A stretch of DNA of 64,000 nucleotides from an uncultured Gemmatimonadota bacterium (lineage in GTDB: Bacteria > JAAXHH01): the NCBI GenBank assembly GCA_951812955.1, contig OX638340.1, forward strand, positions 576,001-640,000. Direction: 5' to 3'. Both the position numbers and the translations under genes were made by a program. Positions 37,899-47,213 of this stretch are shown here, piece after piece. A model generated the notes under the pieces. That model searched no databases and was not told the DNA's origin. It worked only from the letters and a program-made list of their open reading frames with translations. Numbering within the stretch: the first letter of the stretch is position 1; each line of letters starts with the position of its first letter.

Positions 37899-37959
37899 TG
37901 GTAATACGCTGTTCCCGCGATGATCCGGTCATCCGACCGTTCGCCGTACTGATGAAACG

Positions 37960-40116
37960 CTAGGAGGATTCCTGCGGGGCTACGGCAGGTTCGAACGGAA
38001 GGCTAATGGCCATCTCGGTGTACTCCCCCGGTTCGGAATCCACCTCGATGTTACCCCCGTGCTCGCGGACGATATCGTTGGAGAGCGCCAGACCGAGGCC
38101 TGTGCCCTGGTCGGTAGGCTTGGTGGTAAAAAAGGGATTGAAGATCTTCTCCCGCACGTGGGGCGGTATCCCCTTGCCATTGTCCTTTATGCGCACGACG
38201 ATATGATCTTCCTCGCGGCGGGTGGACAGCCAGATCGCGGGTACGTATCCGCTTTCCGTATCCGGGTCTTCTCTTTTCTCGTTGGTCGCATGGCAGGCAT
38301 TGTTCACCATATTCAGAAACACACGGGCCATTTCCTGCGAAACGATCTCAATCTTTCCGAGATCGGGGTCGAAGTCCTCGTTGATTTCGAGTTGAAAATC
38401 CGGGTTGGATGCCCTGGCGGCGTGGTACGCCAGCCGGGCATGTTCTTCCAGTAACGCGTTTACGTCCGTGGACTGCTTGTCTCCCGATCCGCGCCCCATC
38501 TGCAACATGTCCCGCACGATCCGGTTGGCCCGTTCGCCGTGTTCCCTGATCCGGCGCAGATTATCCGTAAGATCACCGCCGATTTCCCGGATGAGATCGT
38601 TCTGCGCTTCGTCGAGCGAACCGCCGCCTTCAGGCAGTTCTTCATGCAGTTCCTCCAGCAGTTCTTCCGACGACTCCGCGAAGTTTTTTACGAAGTTCAG
38701 CGGGTTCTGGATTTCGTGGGCAACGCCTGCAGTTAGTTCGCCGAGGGCCGCCAGCTTTTCCCGCATGACGATCTGGTTCTGCGCCCGCTGCAGTTCGCCC
38801 AACGTTTCTTCCAGTTTGTCGTTCTTGCCCCGCAATTCCTCCGCGAGTTTTTCCACGAGGTTCAGCCGTTGCGCTTCGATCGAATGCAACCTGAACACTT
38901 CAAGCGCCGAGGCCATGTCCGCCACCTCGTCGCGGCCGTCCAGCTCCACTTTTTGTTTCAAGTCGCCCCCCGCCATGCGCCGCATGTGTTCGGACAGAAA
39001 ACCCAGGCGACGCAGCAGGACTTTTCCCACGAACAACCAGGCGATCAGCAAAGCGCCAATCAGGCTGACCGCGTTCAGAGCGAGCAGGAGCTGTCTTCCC
39101 ACCTGGATCGTCCGGGTCGACGCGACCGTCGCGGCCTGGGTGCTTGTCTGCGCCGAGTTTACGAGATTTTCCACCTCAGCAACCAGATCGACCGCGATAT
39201 TCCGATTGTTCTCTATCAGTGCTCGCTGCTGGTCAAGGAGTTCCAGATCTTCCGCACGAATCTGAAATATCTGCTCGTTTCCGCTTCCCAGTTCAAACAA
39301 TTGAGCGAATACCGGTTCGAGCCTCTGTCTCAGTGAAGACGTACCCAGGCCGGCGAGACTTCTTTCCACTCCCCCGCTGGCCGATTCGAACCGTTCCAGC
39401 AAGGGCTCTATCCTGTCGGCGTCGACGAGATTGAAGACATTCGACAGGATCCGGGTACTGACAGTCGCCTCGGTCTGCAATTCAGCGAGGTGGCGGTACC
39501 GCTGAAGTTCCAGCTCGGAAAGATACTCCGAACGGGGCGCCGCGGGCTCGTCGATGTTCCGGTAACCCGTCGTCGTGTAAAACAGCTGGTCGTCCAGGGC
39601 CGGGACAAGAATACCGGTCAGTTCGGATTGCAGCCGCCCCAGTTCCCTTCGTAACAACTGGCTTTGTTCTTCAAGGATGAAACGGCGCGCCACAGACTCC
39701 TCGATCATCCTGATGTTGGACATCAGCGTATTCCCGCTTTCGCTGATGCGTTGAAAGCGCTCGTTTTCCATGCTGTACGCGGCGATTGCCTCCAACTGAT
39801 CCGCGAAACTCTCCCGCTCGTTGGCAATACTCGCGGTCACGGCTTCGAAAGCCTCGGGGGTCTCCGCGGCCGCCAGACGAGGAGCGGCCGCCGCCAGCGT
39901 TCCGCTCCGCTGCGCCACCCCGAAGGCCGCGGCGATTTCGGGTACGGCTACCTCGTTCACTTCGCGCTGTGCTTCACCTACCTCGTTGAAGGCGAACCAC
40001 GCCACCAGACTTGCGAACATGGTGATCGCTACCGCAGTCCCGATACCCAGGTACAGCTGCCCCGAAATTCGGGACGGGCCCTTGTCGTATAACCACAGCA
40101 GCCACTTTTTGATCAT
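37960..40116 (-). CDS. sensor histidine kinase (two TM segments, large extracytoplasmic helical domain, HAMP, HisKA, HATPase_c)
   Basis: HAMP 'MRRMAGGDLKQKVELDGRDEVADMASALEVFR'. H-box 'VAHEIQNPLNFV'. N/G boxes 'NMVNNACHA' and 'DNGKGI...GTGLGLALS'. No receiver domain. Confidence 0.85.
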   Translation of the reverse strand: MIKKWLLWLYDKGPSRISGQLYLGIGTAVAITMFASLVAWFAFNEVGEAQREVNEVAVPEIAAAFGVAQRSGTLAAAAPRLAAAETPEAFEAVTASIANERESFADQLEAIAAYSMENERFQRISESGNTLMSNIRMIEESVARRFILEEQSQLLRRELGRLQSELTGILVPALDDQLFYTTTGYRNIDEPAAPRSEYLSELELQRYRHLAELQTEATVSTRILSNVFNLVDADRIEPLLERFESASGGVERSLAGLGTSSLRQRLEPVFAQLFELGSGNEQIFQIRAEDLELLDQQRALIENNRNIAVDLVAEVENLVNSAQTSTQAATVASTRTIQVGRQLLLALNAVSLIGALLIAWLFVGKVLLRRLGFLSEHMRRMAGGDLKQKVELDGRDEVADMASALEVFRLHSIEAQRLNLVEKLAEELRGKNDKLEETLGELQRAQNQIVMREKLAALGELTAGVAHEIQNPLNFVKNFAESSEELLEELHEELPEGGGSLDEAQNDLIREIGGDLTDNLRRIREHGERANRIVRDMLQMGRGSGDKQSTDVNALLEEHARLAYHAARASNPDFQLEINEDFDPDLGKIEIVSQEMARVFLNMVNNACHATNEKREDPDTESGYVPAIWLSTRREEDHIVVRIKDNGKGIPPHVREKIFNPFFTTKPTDQGTGLGLALSNDIVREHGGNIEVDSEPGEYTEMAISLPFEPAVAPQESS

Positions 40117-41327
40117 GGCATTACGTCCCGGAGGGTATTGATGGGATGGTAACGGCCATCCTTTCCGATCACCGTGAGGAAAACGGCGTCGGAACCCTGG
40201 TTGTCCCCGGCTCCGAATTCAAGACGAAGACCGCCCATATCGATGGTCCCGGCCTGGTTCAGACTTTCCACGAGACAAGTCCGCCTTACGTCGGGACCGC
40301 AGCCTTCGAGCGCGGTGATGGCCAGTCTGCCCGCCAGGTATCCTTCGAAAGAAACGAATCCGGGTGTGGAGCCGGGCGCGTGCGCGGCGAGTGCGCGGCG
40401 ATACCGCACTGCAATGGCAATATTGCCGGCTGCAGGGAAGGGTACTACCTGGGAAACCAGTACACCCTGGCCATCGGGACCCAGCTCACCGGCCAGGGCG
40501 TTGCTTCCCACGAAGGAGATCGTCGCGAACACCGGGTTGAATCCCACGTGCCGCGCCCATGAGATGAGCGTAGCGACCGGATGGTACGCGCCGATGACGA
40601 CCACGGCGTCCGGCTTGCCGGCCTGCAGATCTAGCAGCCCCGCCTTGATCGCCGTGGTGTTCCGGGGATACACGCCGATCGCCACCGGATCCAGGTTCCT
40701 TCGATCCAGCGCTCGCCGCACACCCCGGTAACCCACCCGGCCGAAGGAATCGTTCTGGTACATCACGCCTATGCGCGTGATCCCCAGATCGCGCGAAAGG
40801 CGGTCGACGATTTCCTCGGTTTCCTGGAAATAGGAGGCGCGTAGATTGATGACGCCGGTTTCCGTGTTGTCCCTTAGGAAGATCGCGCCGGTAAATGGCG
40901 CGATATAGGGCACACCGGCCTGCGACGTGATGGGAACGGCCGAACGGGAAGTCGGCGTGCCGACCGCGCCGATCAGCGCGAATACGCCTTCGTCCTCAAT
41001 CAGCTTGCGCGTGTTTGCGATGGCGGCTTCGGGTTCGTAGGCGTCGTCGAGCGTAATGAGCGCAAGCCGCCGTCCATGTACGCCGCCCCTGCGGTTTGCT
41101 TCCTGGAAGGCCGCCTCGATGCCGAGGTTCATGTTGCGGCCGAGTTCCCTGGCAGGACCGCTGAACGCCGCCGACTGTCCGAACAGAATTTGTTCGTCCG
41201 TTACGCCGGGTTCTTCGATCTGGGAGGCGTTCGCGCCGCTGTGTGCTGGAATTAAAGCGGGAGAGAACGCCGTCGCACCAAGGGCGAGTAGTATGGCGAC
41301 CGCCCAGTGGTCACGCGTTCGTCTCAT
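40113..41327 (-). CDS. periplasmic substrate-binding protein (Peripla_BP_6 type), translationally coupled to the kinase
   Basis: Signal peptide 'AVAILLALGATAFSPALIPAHS'. 'ILFGQSAAFSGPA...LDDAYEP...LIGAVGTPT'. 4-nt overlaps at both ends (41324-41327 and 40113-40116). Confidence 0.8.
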   Translation of the reverse strand: MRRTRDHWAVAILLALGATAFSPALIPAHSGANASQIEEPGVTDEQILFGQSAAFSGPARELGRNMNLGIEAAFQEANRRGGVHGRRLALITLDDAYEPEAAIANTRKLIEDEGVFALIGAVGTPTSRSAVPITSQAGVPYIAPFTGAIFLRDNTETGVINLRASYFQETEEIVDRLSRDLGITRIGVMYQNDSFGRVGYRGVRRALDRRNLDPVAIGVYPRNTTAIKAGLLDLQAGKPDAVVVIGAYHPVATLISWARHVGFNPVFATISFVGSNALAGELGPDGQGVLVSQVVPFPAAGNIAIAVRYRRALAAHAPGSTPGFVSFEGYLAGRLAITALEGCGPDVRRTCLVESLNQAGTIDMGGLRLEFGAGDNQGSDAVFLTVIGKDGRYHPINTLRDVMP

Positions 41328-41749
41328 CCATTTTCCTTCCGCTTGACGATCGTCAGGACGTTCTTGTCGTTTTCCCGGCGGTAGCTCAGTTCATCCATCA
41401 TGGTCCGAACCAGATAGATGCCGAGACCGCCGACGGGCCGGTCTTCAACCCCAGACTCGATATCCGGTTCCGGGGAGTCGGTAAGCGGGTTGAACGCCGG
41501 GCCTTCGTCCCGCAACTCGATGGTCAACGTTTCGGAATCGGAGTCCAGTACCACTTCGAATTCGTGTTCCGGGTCGTTGGCGTGGCCGTGGGTAACGATG
41601 TTGACGCCCAGTTCCTCAAGGACCAGCTTGACCTGGTACACCATGCCCGGCGGCCATTCTTCCGACTCGCCAAGTTCGTCCACGGCCTCGTAAATCCGTT
41701 CGAGTTGGTCCAGTCTGGTAGGCAGGCGAAGAGAGAGTTTTCTACGCAT
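41324..41749 (-). CDS. RsbW/SpoIIAB-like anti-sigma-factor-type serine kinase (HATPase_c_2)
   Basis: 141 aa. 'VKLVLEELGVNIVTHG' (N-box region), 'IELRDEGPAFNP', 'GGLGIYLVRTMMDELSY'. Confidence 0.75.
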   Translation of the reverse strand: MRRKLSLRLPTRLDQLERIYEAVDELGESEEWPPGMVYQVKLVLEELGVNIVTHGHANDPEHEFEVVLDSDSETLTIELRDEGPAFNPLTDSPEPDIESGVEDRPVGGLGIYLVRTMMDELSYRRENDKNVLTIVKRKENG

Positions 41750-41757
41750 GGGCGAAC

Positions 41758-42915
41758 CTAGCGTTGAAGCACGGTGACACAGGTTATATCATCCGACTGC
41801 GCCGTCTCCCCCGCGAAATCATGAACCGCTTTGAACACGGCCTTGTTCGCTTCTTCCGTGGTGGCGGGAGGGGAATCCGAGAATACCGCCTGCAGGCGAT
41901 CCATACCGAATTCCTCGCCGTCGGCGTTCATGGCTTCGGTAACTCCGTCCGTGTAGAGCACAAGCAAATCGCCGGGCGAGACCGAGATGGCAGACTGGCC
42001 AAACTCGACGCCGGGGAAGACCCCGAGGGCCATCCCGTCGGTTCCGGGGAGCAGGGTCGAAGAGCCATCGGGATGGACTACGAGCGGGGGATTGTGTCCT
42101 CCATTGGCGTAGTCGACCTGGCCGGTTTCGGGGGTGTACACCGCGTAGAACGTGGTGACGAACATAGCCGCTTCGTTTTCTTCAGTAAGGAGATCGTTGA
42201 CTTCCTTCAATACGGCGCCGGGATCCATGGCCCCGATTGCCGATCCCTTCAGCAGGGTCCGGCTCGACATCATGAACAGGGCCGCCGGCACGCCCTTGTC
42301 GGATACATCGGCGATGGCCAGGCCGATTCTACCGCCAGGCAAGGGAAAGACGTCGAAAAAATCGCCGCCGACTTCTCGGGCGGGCTCCATGTTCGCGAAG
42401 ATCGTGCAGTGATCGGAATCGGGAAACTCGGTCGGCAGAATCGACTGCTGCATCTTGCTGGCCACGTTCAGTTCGTTCTGCAGCCGAACCAGCTTATCCC
42501 GCGACTCCAGGGCTTCGCGCCATTCCTCCATGTTCTTCAGGGTGCGTTCGATGGTTACACGAAGGTCCTGGAAATCGATAGGCTTGGTAATGAAGTCGAA
42601 AGCACCCCGGTTCATGGCCGTCCGGATGTTCTTCATGTCCCCGTATGCGGATACCACGACGGCGCGGATGTCGGGGGCGATGTTCGGTATCTGCGCCAAC
42701 AGGGTCAGACCGTCCATCCTGGGCATGTTGATATCCGATAACACCATATCGATATCGGGGATCTCGCTCAGACGTTCCAGGGCTTCCACGCCGTTCTGGG
42801 CGAAAAACAGGGTGTATTGGCCGGAACGGACATCACGGCGCAATCGCTGACGCATGAGGTGTTCGAGATCCGGCTCATCGTCCACTACAAGGATTTTATA
42901 CGGTGTCTGCGTCAT
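41758..42915 (-). CDS. response regulator receiver fused to PP2C (SpoIIE) phosphatase
   Basis: REC: 'KILVVDDEPD...DMVLSDINMPRMDGL'. PP2C: 'REVGGDFFDVF', 'IADVSDKGVPAALFM', 'LYTDGVTEA', 'QSDDITCV'. Confidence 0.85.
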   Translation of the reverse strand: MTQTPYKILVVDDEPDLEHLMRQRLRRDVRSGQYTLFFAQNGVEALERLSEIPDIDMVLSDINMPRMDGLTLLAQIPNIAPDIRAVVVSAYGDMKNIRTAMNRGAFDFITKPIDFQDLRVTIERTLKNMEEWREALESRDKLVRLQNELNVASKMQQSILPTEFPDSDHCTIFANMEPAREVGGDFFDVFPLPGGRIGLAIADVSDKGVPAALFMMSSRTLLKGSAIGAMDPGAVLKEVNDLLTEENEAAMFVTTFYAVYTPETGQVDYANGGHNPPLVVHPDGSSTLLPGTDGMALGVFPGVEFGQSAISVSPGDLLVLYTDGVTEAMNADGEEFGMDRLQAVFSDSPPATTEEANKAVFKAVHDFAGETAQSDDITCVTVLQR

Positions 42916-43007
42916 CGCATCCCTGGACGCCGGCGCATCCGTTCGCTATCGACGCGCCCGGCATTTGAGCAGGTTTCTACCGTGAAGCGATCGGCCCGCA
43001 CGGCTAC

Positions 43008-43346
43008 TTACTGACCGATCTTATCCACGGCTTCCGCCTGGGTATCGTGGATGGAAATGATCTTGTCAAATCCGCTGATTTCGAAGACTTCACGGATCGG
43101 GTCCGACAGGGAGCACAGCGCGAAAGCGGCATTCCGCTTCTGAAGCAATCTAGCGATCAGCAGGATGACCCTCAGCCCGGCGCTGCTTATATAGGACAGC
43201 GCTCCGAAATCAAGCAACACCTTGCTGTCGTCTTCCGCAATGGCGCCGTTAAGCGCATCCTCGAATTCCCGGGCGTTCGCACCGTCGATTCGACCTTCAA
43301 CCTTCGCAATCAGTACCTCGTTTGCTCGGTCGACACTGATCTCCAT
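43008..43346 (-). CDS. STAS-domain anti-sigma-factor antagonist (RsbV/SpoIIAA-like)
   Basis: 112 aa. 'LLDFGALSYISSAGLRVILL' contains the conserved phosphorylatable Ser context. 'IREVFEISGFDKI'. GGGGGA SD. Confidence 0.85.
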   Translation of the reverse strand: MEISVDRANEVLIAKVEGRIDGANAREFEDALNGAIAEDDSKVLLDFGALSYISSAGLRVILLIARLLQKRNAAFALCSLSDPIREVFEISGFDKIISIHDTQAEAVDKIGQ

Positions 43347-43485
43347 GAAACCATCCCCCTTTATCAGGTTTATAAAATCACCCTATTTGGCAAAAAGGCT
43401 TTATGTACTCCAATGGTAAAACTCGGTTGCGTATCCGGCAGGTGACCCATTGCCGGCCTGATCAATTCCCTGATACGGTACCTAC

Positions 43486-44277
43486 CTATCCCGAGGCGAG
43501 AATGGGATGCAACGGTCCACCGAACGGCTCGCCCGGTTTCAGTGTCTGGTCGCCTCCTGCGTCCCATCGGCCGTTGTAGTTCACGTATTCGGGAATATAG
43601 ATGATCGCCAGGGCTCTCCTGGGCGAATCGGTACGGTTCGATGTGGCGTAATGGAACGTGCATCCGTGATGAAAGGTGACGCCGCCTGCTTCCATTTCCA
43701 TTATGACGGGTTCAACCTCGTCATCGACGTCCGTACCTTCGATTTCTTTCAGTACGCTCGCACCCTCCGTACTCAAGGGCACGGGCGCCAGCCGGCCGTA
43801 TTGGTGCGAGCCTGGTATGAACTGCATGCAGCCGTTGTCTACAGTGACATCGTCCACGGCGATCCAGGCCGACAGCGCACCCACCTGCTCCATGGGCCAG
43901 TAAGGAGCGTCCTGATGCCAGTTGGTTTCCTTGCTCCGCTCGCCACCAGGCTTGATCAGTCCATGGTCATGGTAGATGACCAGGCGTTTGCACTTCGATA
44001 TCTTACGGGCGATCTCCGCCAGGCGCGCGTCAAAGGAATACTTGCGGATTACTTCGTGGTCCACCCACAGGTTGACCATCTGGTTGAATACGCGGTTGTA
44101 ATCCTCGTCCGTTTCACGCCCGCCGCCCAGTATGCGTTCCCTCTTCTCCGCTACCGTTTTGTCCAGCGCTTCTCTCAGTTCCGTCACTTCATCCTTCGAG
44201 AAGAACCTCGGAATCCGGAGATAACCATTCTCCTGAAAAAACTCAACCTCTTCGGCGCCAATGTGATTTGGATTCAT
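43486..44277 (-). CDS. phytanoyl-CoA dioxygenase (PhyH) family Fe(II)/2-oxoglutarate oxygenase
   Basis: 'FFQENGYLRIPRFF'. Facial triad 'NWHQDAPYW' (HxD) and 'TFHHGCTFHYATSNRT'. Confidence 0.7.
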   Translation of the reverse strand: MNPNHIGAEEVEFFQENGYLRIPRFFSKDEVTELREALDKTVAEKRERILGGGRETDEDYNRVFNQMVNLWVDHEVIRKYSFDARLAEIARKISKCKRLVIYHDHGLIKPGGERSKETNWHQDAPYWPMEQVGALSAWIAVDDVTVDNGCMQFIPGSHQYGRLAPVPLSTEGASVLKEIEGTDVDDEVEPVIMEMEAGGVTFHHGCTFHYATSNRTDSPRRALAIIYIPEYVNYNGRWDAGGDQTLKPGEPFGGPLHPILASG

Positions 44278-44501
44278 GTTAACGTAGAACCCGGGATTTA
44301 ATCGAATAAATCATATATAATCCTGGTCAACACAAATCAACAATAATAAACGTTTCAATGTCACAATCCGCACAAATCAAGTAATTTAACATTCGGTCTA
44401 TATTTATCAACCCTTTTCAAGTAGAAAGGGATATTTTACTTTATTGAACCGTACCGAAAACGCTTCGAATTTCGAATTCGTACCGCCGCAAGGAGCCGAC
44501 C

Positions 44502-45479
44502 ATGCCGCAAGACCGTTATCAAATCGGTGTCCAGGACTATATCGACTACCACCGGGATGGCTACCTGGTTGCCCGGGGACTCGTACCCGACACGGAAGTG
44601 GAGGAAATCCGCCGCCATACCGAGGAACTGATGCATGGCAGGATCATCATCGACGGTGTTGAGCCACCGCCGCCTGGCCTTACTCCCGAGCAGATGGGGC
44701 AGCACTGGCTGCGTATACACATGCTCCACCGGAAGCATGAACTGCATGAACGGTACCTGCTGCAACCCCGGATTCTGGATGTGCTAGAAGCCCTGATCGG
44801 TCCCGATGTGTCGGCGCTCCAGACCATGTTGTTTCTCAAGCCGCCGGGACGTGAGGGCCAGGGTTACCACCAGGACGCCTACTATATCCCCACCTATCCC
44901 GATACGCTGATCGGTTCGTGGCTGGCCGTGGATCCGGCGGATGAAGAGAATGGCTGCATGAAGGTCATACCGGGATCACACCATGAACCAATCTATCCGG
45001 ACGAAAACAAGCTGGGCCAAAACCATACCGACGGATCCATCGAGGATCTTGCCGTGATCGCGGGCGCCAGCGCGACGGATGAATCCGTGAACGGACTGAC
45101 GCCTGTCGCGGCAAAATACGGTGGCCGCGAGGTGGCTGCCTGCATGGCCCCGGGCGACGTCCTGTTCTTCCACAGCCATCTCCTGCACCGGTCGCACGCC
45201 AACCGGACGCAGACGCGTTTCCGCAGGGCCTTTGTAAGCCACTATTGTAACGCGAGGTCATTGGTGCCGTGGAACCACGGCGCCGAATTCGAGGGGACGA
45301 CCGCGAACAATCTCCATATCCTCGCCCGGGGAAATACTCACCTTGACTACGCGTTGCCGAAGTTCGGCACCCCGTGCGACGCGCTCAATCCCAGGGAGAC
45401 GGCCCGGGGTGTCCGCCCGGCGCGCATGATGGGCGGCATGCCTGCTTCGACCGTAAAGGGTGTTATGGTAACACGCTGA
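44502..45479 (+). CDS. phytanoyl-CoA dioxygenase (PhyH) family Fe(II)/2-oxoglutarate oxygenase
   Basis: 'YHRDGYLVARGLV', 'GYHQDAYYIP' (HxD), 'LFFHSHLLHRSHANRT'. AGGAG SD 6 nt upstream. Confidence 0.75.
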   Translation: MPQDRYQIGVQDYIDYHRDGYLVARGLVPDTEVEEIRRHTEELMHGRIIIDGVEPPPPGLTPEQMGQHWLRIHMLHRKHELHERYLLQPRILDVLEALIGPDVSALQTMLFLKPPGREGQGYHQDAYYIPTYPDTLIGSWLAVDPADEENGCMKVIPGSHHEPIYPDENKLGQNHTDGSIEDLAVIAGASATDESVNGLTPVAAKYGGREVAACMAPGDVLFFHSHLLHRSHANRTQTRFRRAFVSHYCNARSLVPWNHGAEFEGTTANNLHILARGNTHLDYALPKFGTPCDALNPRETARGVRPARMMGGMPASTVKGVMVTR

Positions 45480-45564
45480 TCACTGGCAGGCCGGGCCGGT
45501 GATGGCTTTTAATGTAAACGGTGACCGGAAAGATCGTTTCAACGCGGTCGGAATGCCGCATGCC

Positions 45565-46845
45565 CTAAGCCCTGAAGAGATTCCGCGCCTTGTGAATGGC
45601 GGCGATCATGACATCGATCTCTTCGGAGGTGTTGTAGAAGTAGACACTTGCGCGCGCCGTAGCGCCATAGGGCGTGCCGAGTCGCCGCATCAGCGGTTGC
45701 GCGCAGTGATGACCCGCGCGGATGGCGACCCCCTGCCGATCCAGCACGGTGGACAGATCGCTGGGATGCATGTCTTCCAGGTTGAAAGAAACGGCGCCTC
45801 CCCTGCCCGGCGCGTGGCCGTAGACGGTCAGGCCGTCAATTTCCTCGAGCCGTCCGACCATGTAGTCCGTCAGCGCTCTTTCATGGGTATGAATCTGCTC
45901 CATGCCGACAGCTTCGAGGTAATCCACCACGTCTCCGAACACGATGGCATGGGCGATATTCGGGGTGCCTGCTTCGAATTTCTCTGGTATGTCCGCACAG
46001 GTAAACCCATCGAGGCGGACTTCGTCGATCATCGATCCCCCGCCCATGTACGGATCCATGGCTTCCAGCAGTTCCTCACGCCCGTAGAGTCCGCCGATAC
46101 CGGTCGGACCGCACATCTTGTGGCCGGAGAAGGCAAAGAAGTCGCAATCCAGACGCTGTACGTCCACCGGCATGTGAGGAACGCTTTGCGCGGCGTCTAA
46201 GAAGACCAGCGCGCTGGCCTGGCGGGCCCGCGTTACGATGTCGTCGATGGGGTTGACGGTACCGAGTACGTTCGACATGTGTGCGAGGGCGACGATGCGC
46301 GTCTTCTCCGAGATCAGCCGGTCCGCCTGTTCCATGTCGAGGGACCCGTCGTCTCGAATGTCGAAATACCGGATGACAGCGCCGGTTTCCTTCGCGAGCA
46401 TCTGCCAGGGCACGATATTGCTATGGTGCTCCATGACGGACAGCACGATTTCGTCCCCTGCCCGGACGTTCTTCCGGCCCCAGGCAGTGGCGACCAGGTT
46501 TATGCCTTCGGTGGTGTTGCGGACGAACACCAGGTTCCGGGCCGGCGCGTTGATGAATCGAGCCACTCGCTCCCGGGCGCCTTCGTAGGCATTGGTCGCT
46601 TCCTCGCTGAGCGTGTGGAGGCCGCGGTGTACATTGGCGTTGAGCCTGGTATAGTAATCGTCGAGGGCGTCGAGTACGACCCGGGGTTTCTGCGACGTCG
46701 CGCTGTTGTCCAGGTAGACCAGCGGTTTCCCGTGTATCCTGCGATCTAGAATTGGAAAATCACCGCGGTACCGCAGGGCGTGTTCGTCCGACCGGCGTAC
46801 CGCTTCATCCAGTTCTCGTGGCGTCTCAACCAGCGTTTCCGACAT
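45565..46845 (-). CDS. sufS: SufS cysteine desulfurase (class V aminotransferase)
   Basis: 'YLDNSATSQKP', 'HHSNIVPWQ', 'FSGHKMCGPTGIGGLYG' (PLP Lys), 'RAGHHCAQPL' (catalytic Cys). ATG 46845 has AAGGGA upstream. The ORF's longer start (46890) would overlap sufT. Confidence 0.9.
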   Translation of the reverse strand: MSETLVETPRELDEAVRRSDEHALRYRGDFPILDRRIHGKPLVYLDNSATSQKPRVVLDALDDYYTRLNANVHRGLHTLSEEATNAYEGARERVARFINAPARNLVFVRNTTEGINLVATAWGRKNVRAGDEIVLSVMEHHSNIVPWQMLAKETGAVIRYFDIRDDGSLDMEQADRLISEKTRIVALAHMSNVLGTVNPIDDIVTRARQASALVFLDAAQSVPHMPVDVQRLDCDFFAFSGHKMCGPTGIGGLYGREELLEAMDPYMGGGSMIDEVRLDGFTCADIPEKFEAGTPNIAHAIVFGDVVDYLEAVGMEQIHTHERALTDYMVGRLEEIDGLTVYGHAPGRGGAVSFNLEDMHPSDLSTVLDRQGVAIRAGHHCAQPLMRRLGTPYGATARASVYFYNTSEEIDVMIAAIHKARNLFRA

Positions 46846-46867
46846 AGATCCCTTACCAGCCAGGTGT

Positions 46868-47182
46868 TCAGTAGTCGATGCCAAGTTCAAGCTTGGCGTC
46901 TTCGGTCATCATGTCGATATGCCAGGTCGGTTCCCAGACGATCTCGATCAGCGCGTCCGAGACCTGTTCCAGGTCCTTCACCTTGGTCTCCACCTCGGCG
47001 GGGAGCGACTGGGCCGCCGGACAGTTCGGCGAGGTGAGCGTCATCTTGATGTTCGTCATACCGTCCTGTTGCACGTCGATCTCGTAGATCAGTCCCATTT
47101 CGTAGATGTTGACCGGGATCTCGGGATCGTAACACGACTTCAATACGTCCACGATCTGCTCTTTAACGGCATCCGTATCCAT
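46868..47182 (-). CDS. sufT: SUF-system Fe-S assembly protein, DUF59/SufT type
   Basis: 'CYDPEIPVNIYEMGLIY', 'MTLTSPNCPAA'. Sits between sufD and sufS. Confidence 0.8.
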   Translation of the reverse strand: MDTDAVKEQIVDVLKSCYDPEIPVNIYEMGLIYEIDVQQDGMTNIKMTLTSPNCPAAQSLPAEVETKVKDLEQVSDALIEIVWEPTWHIDMMTEDAKLELGIDY

Positions 47183-47213
47183 CCATAGACTCCTGTAAGC
47201 GTGAATGCGCCGG

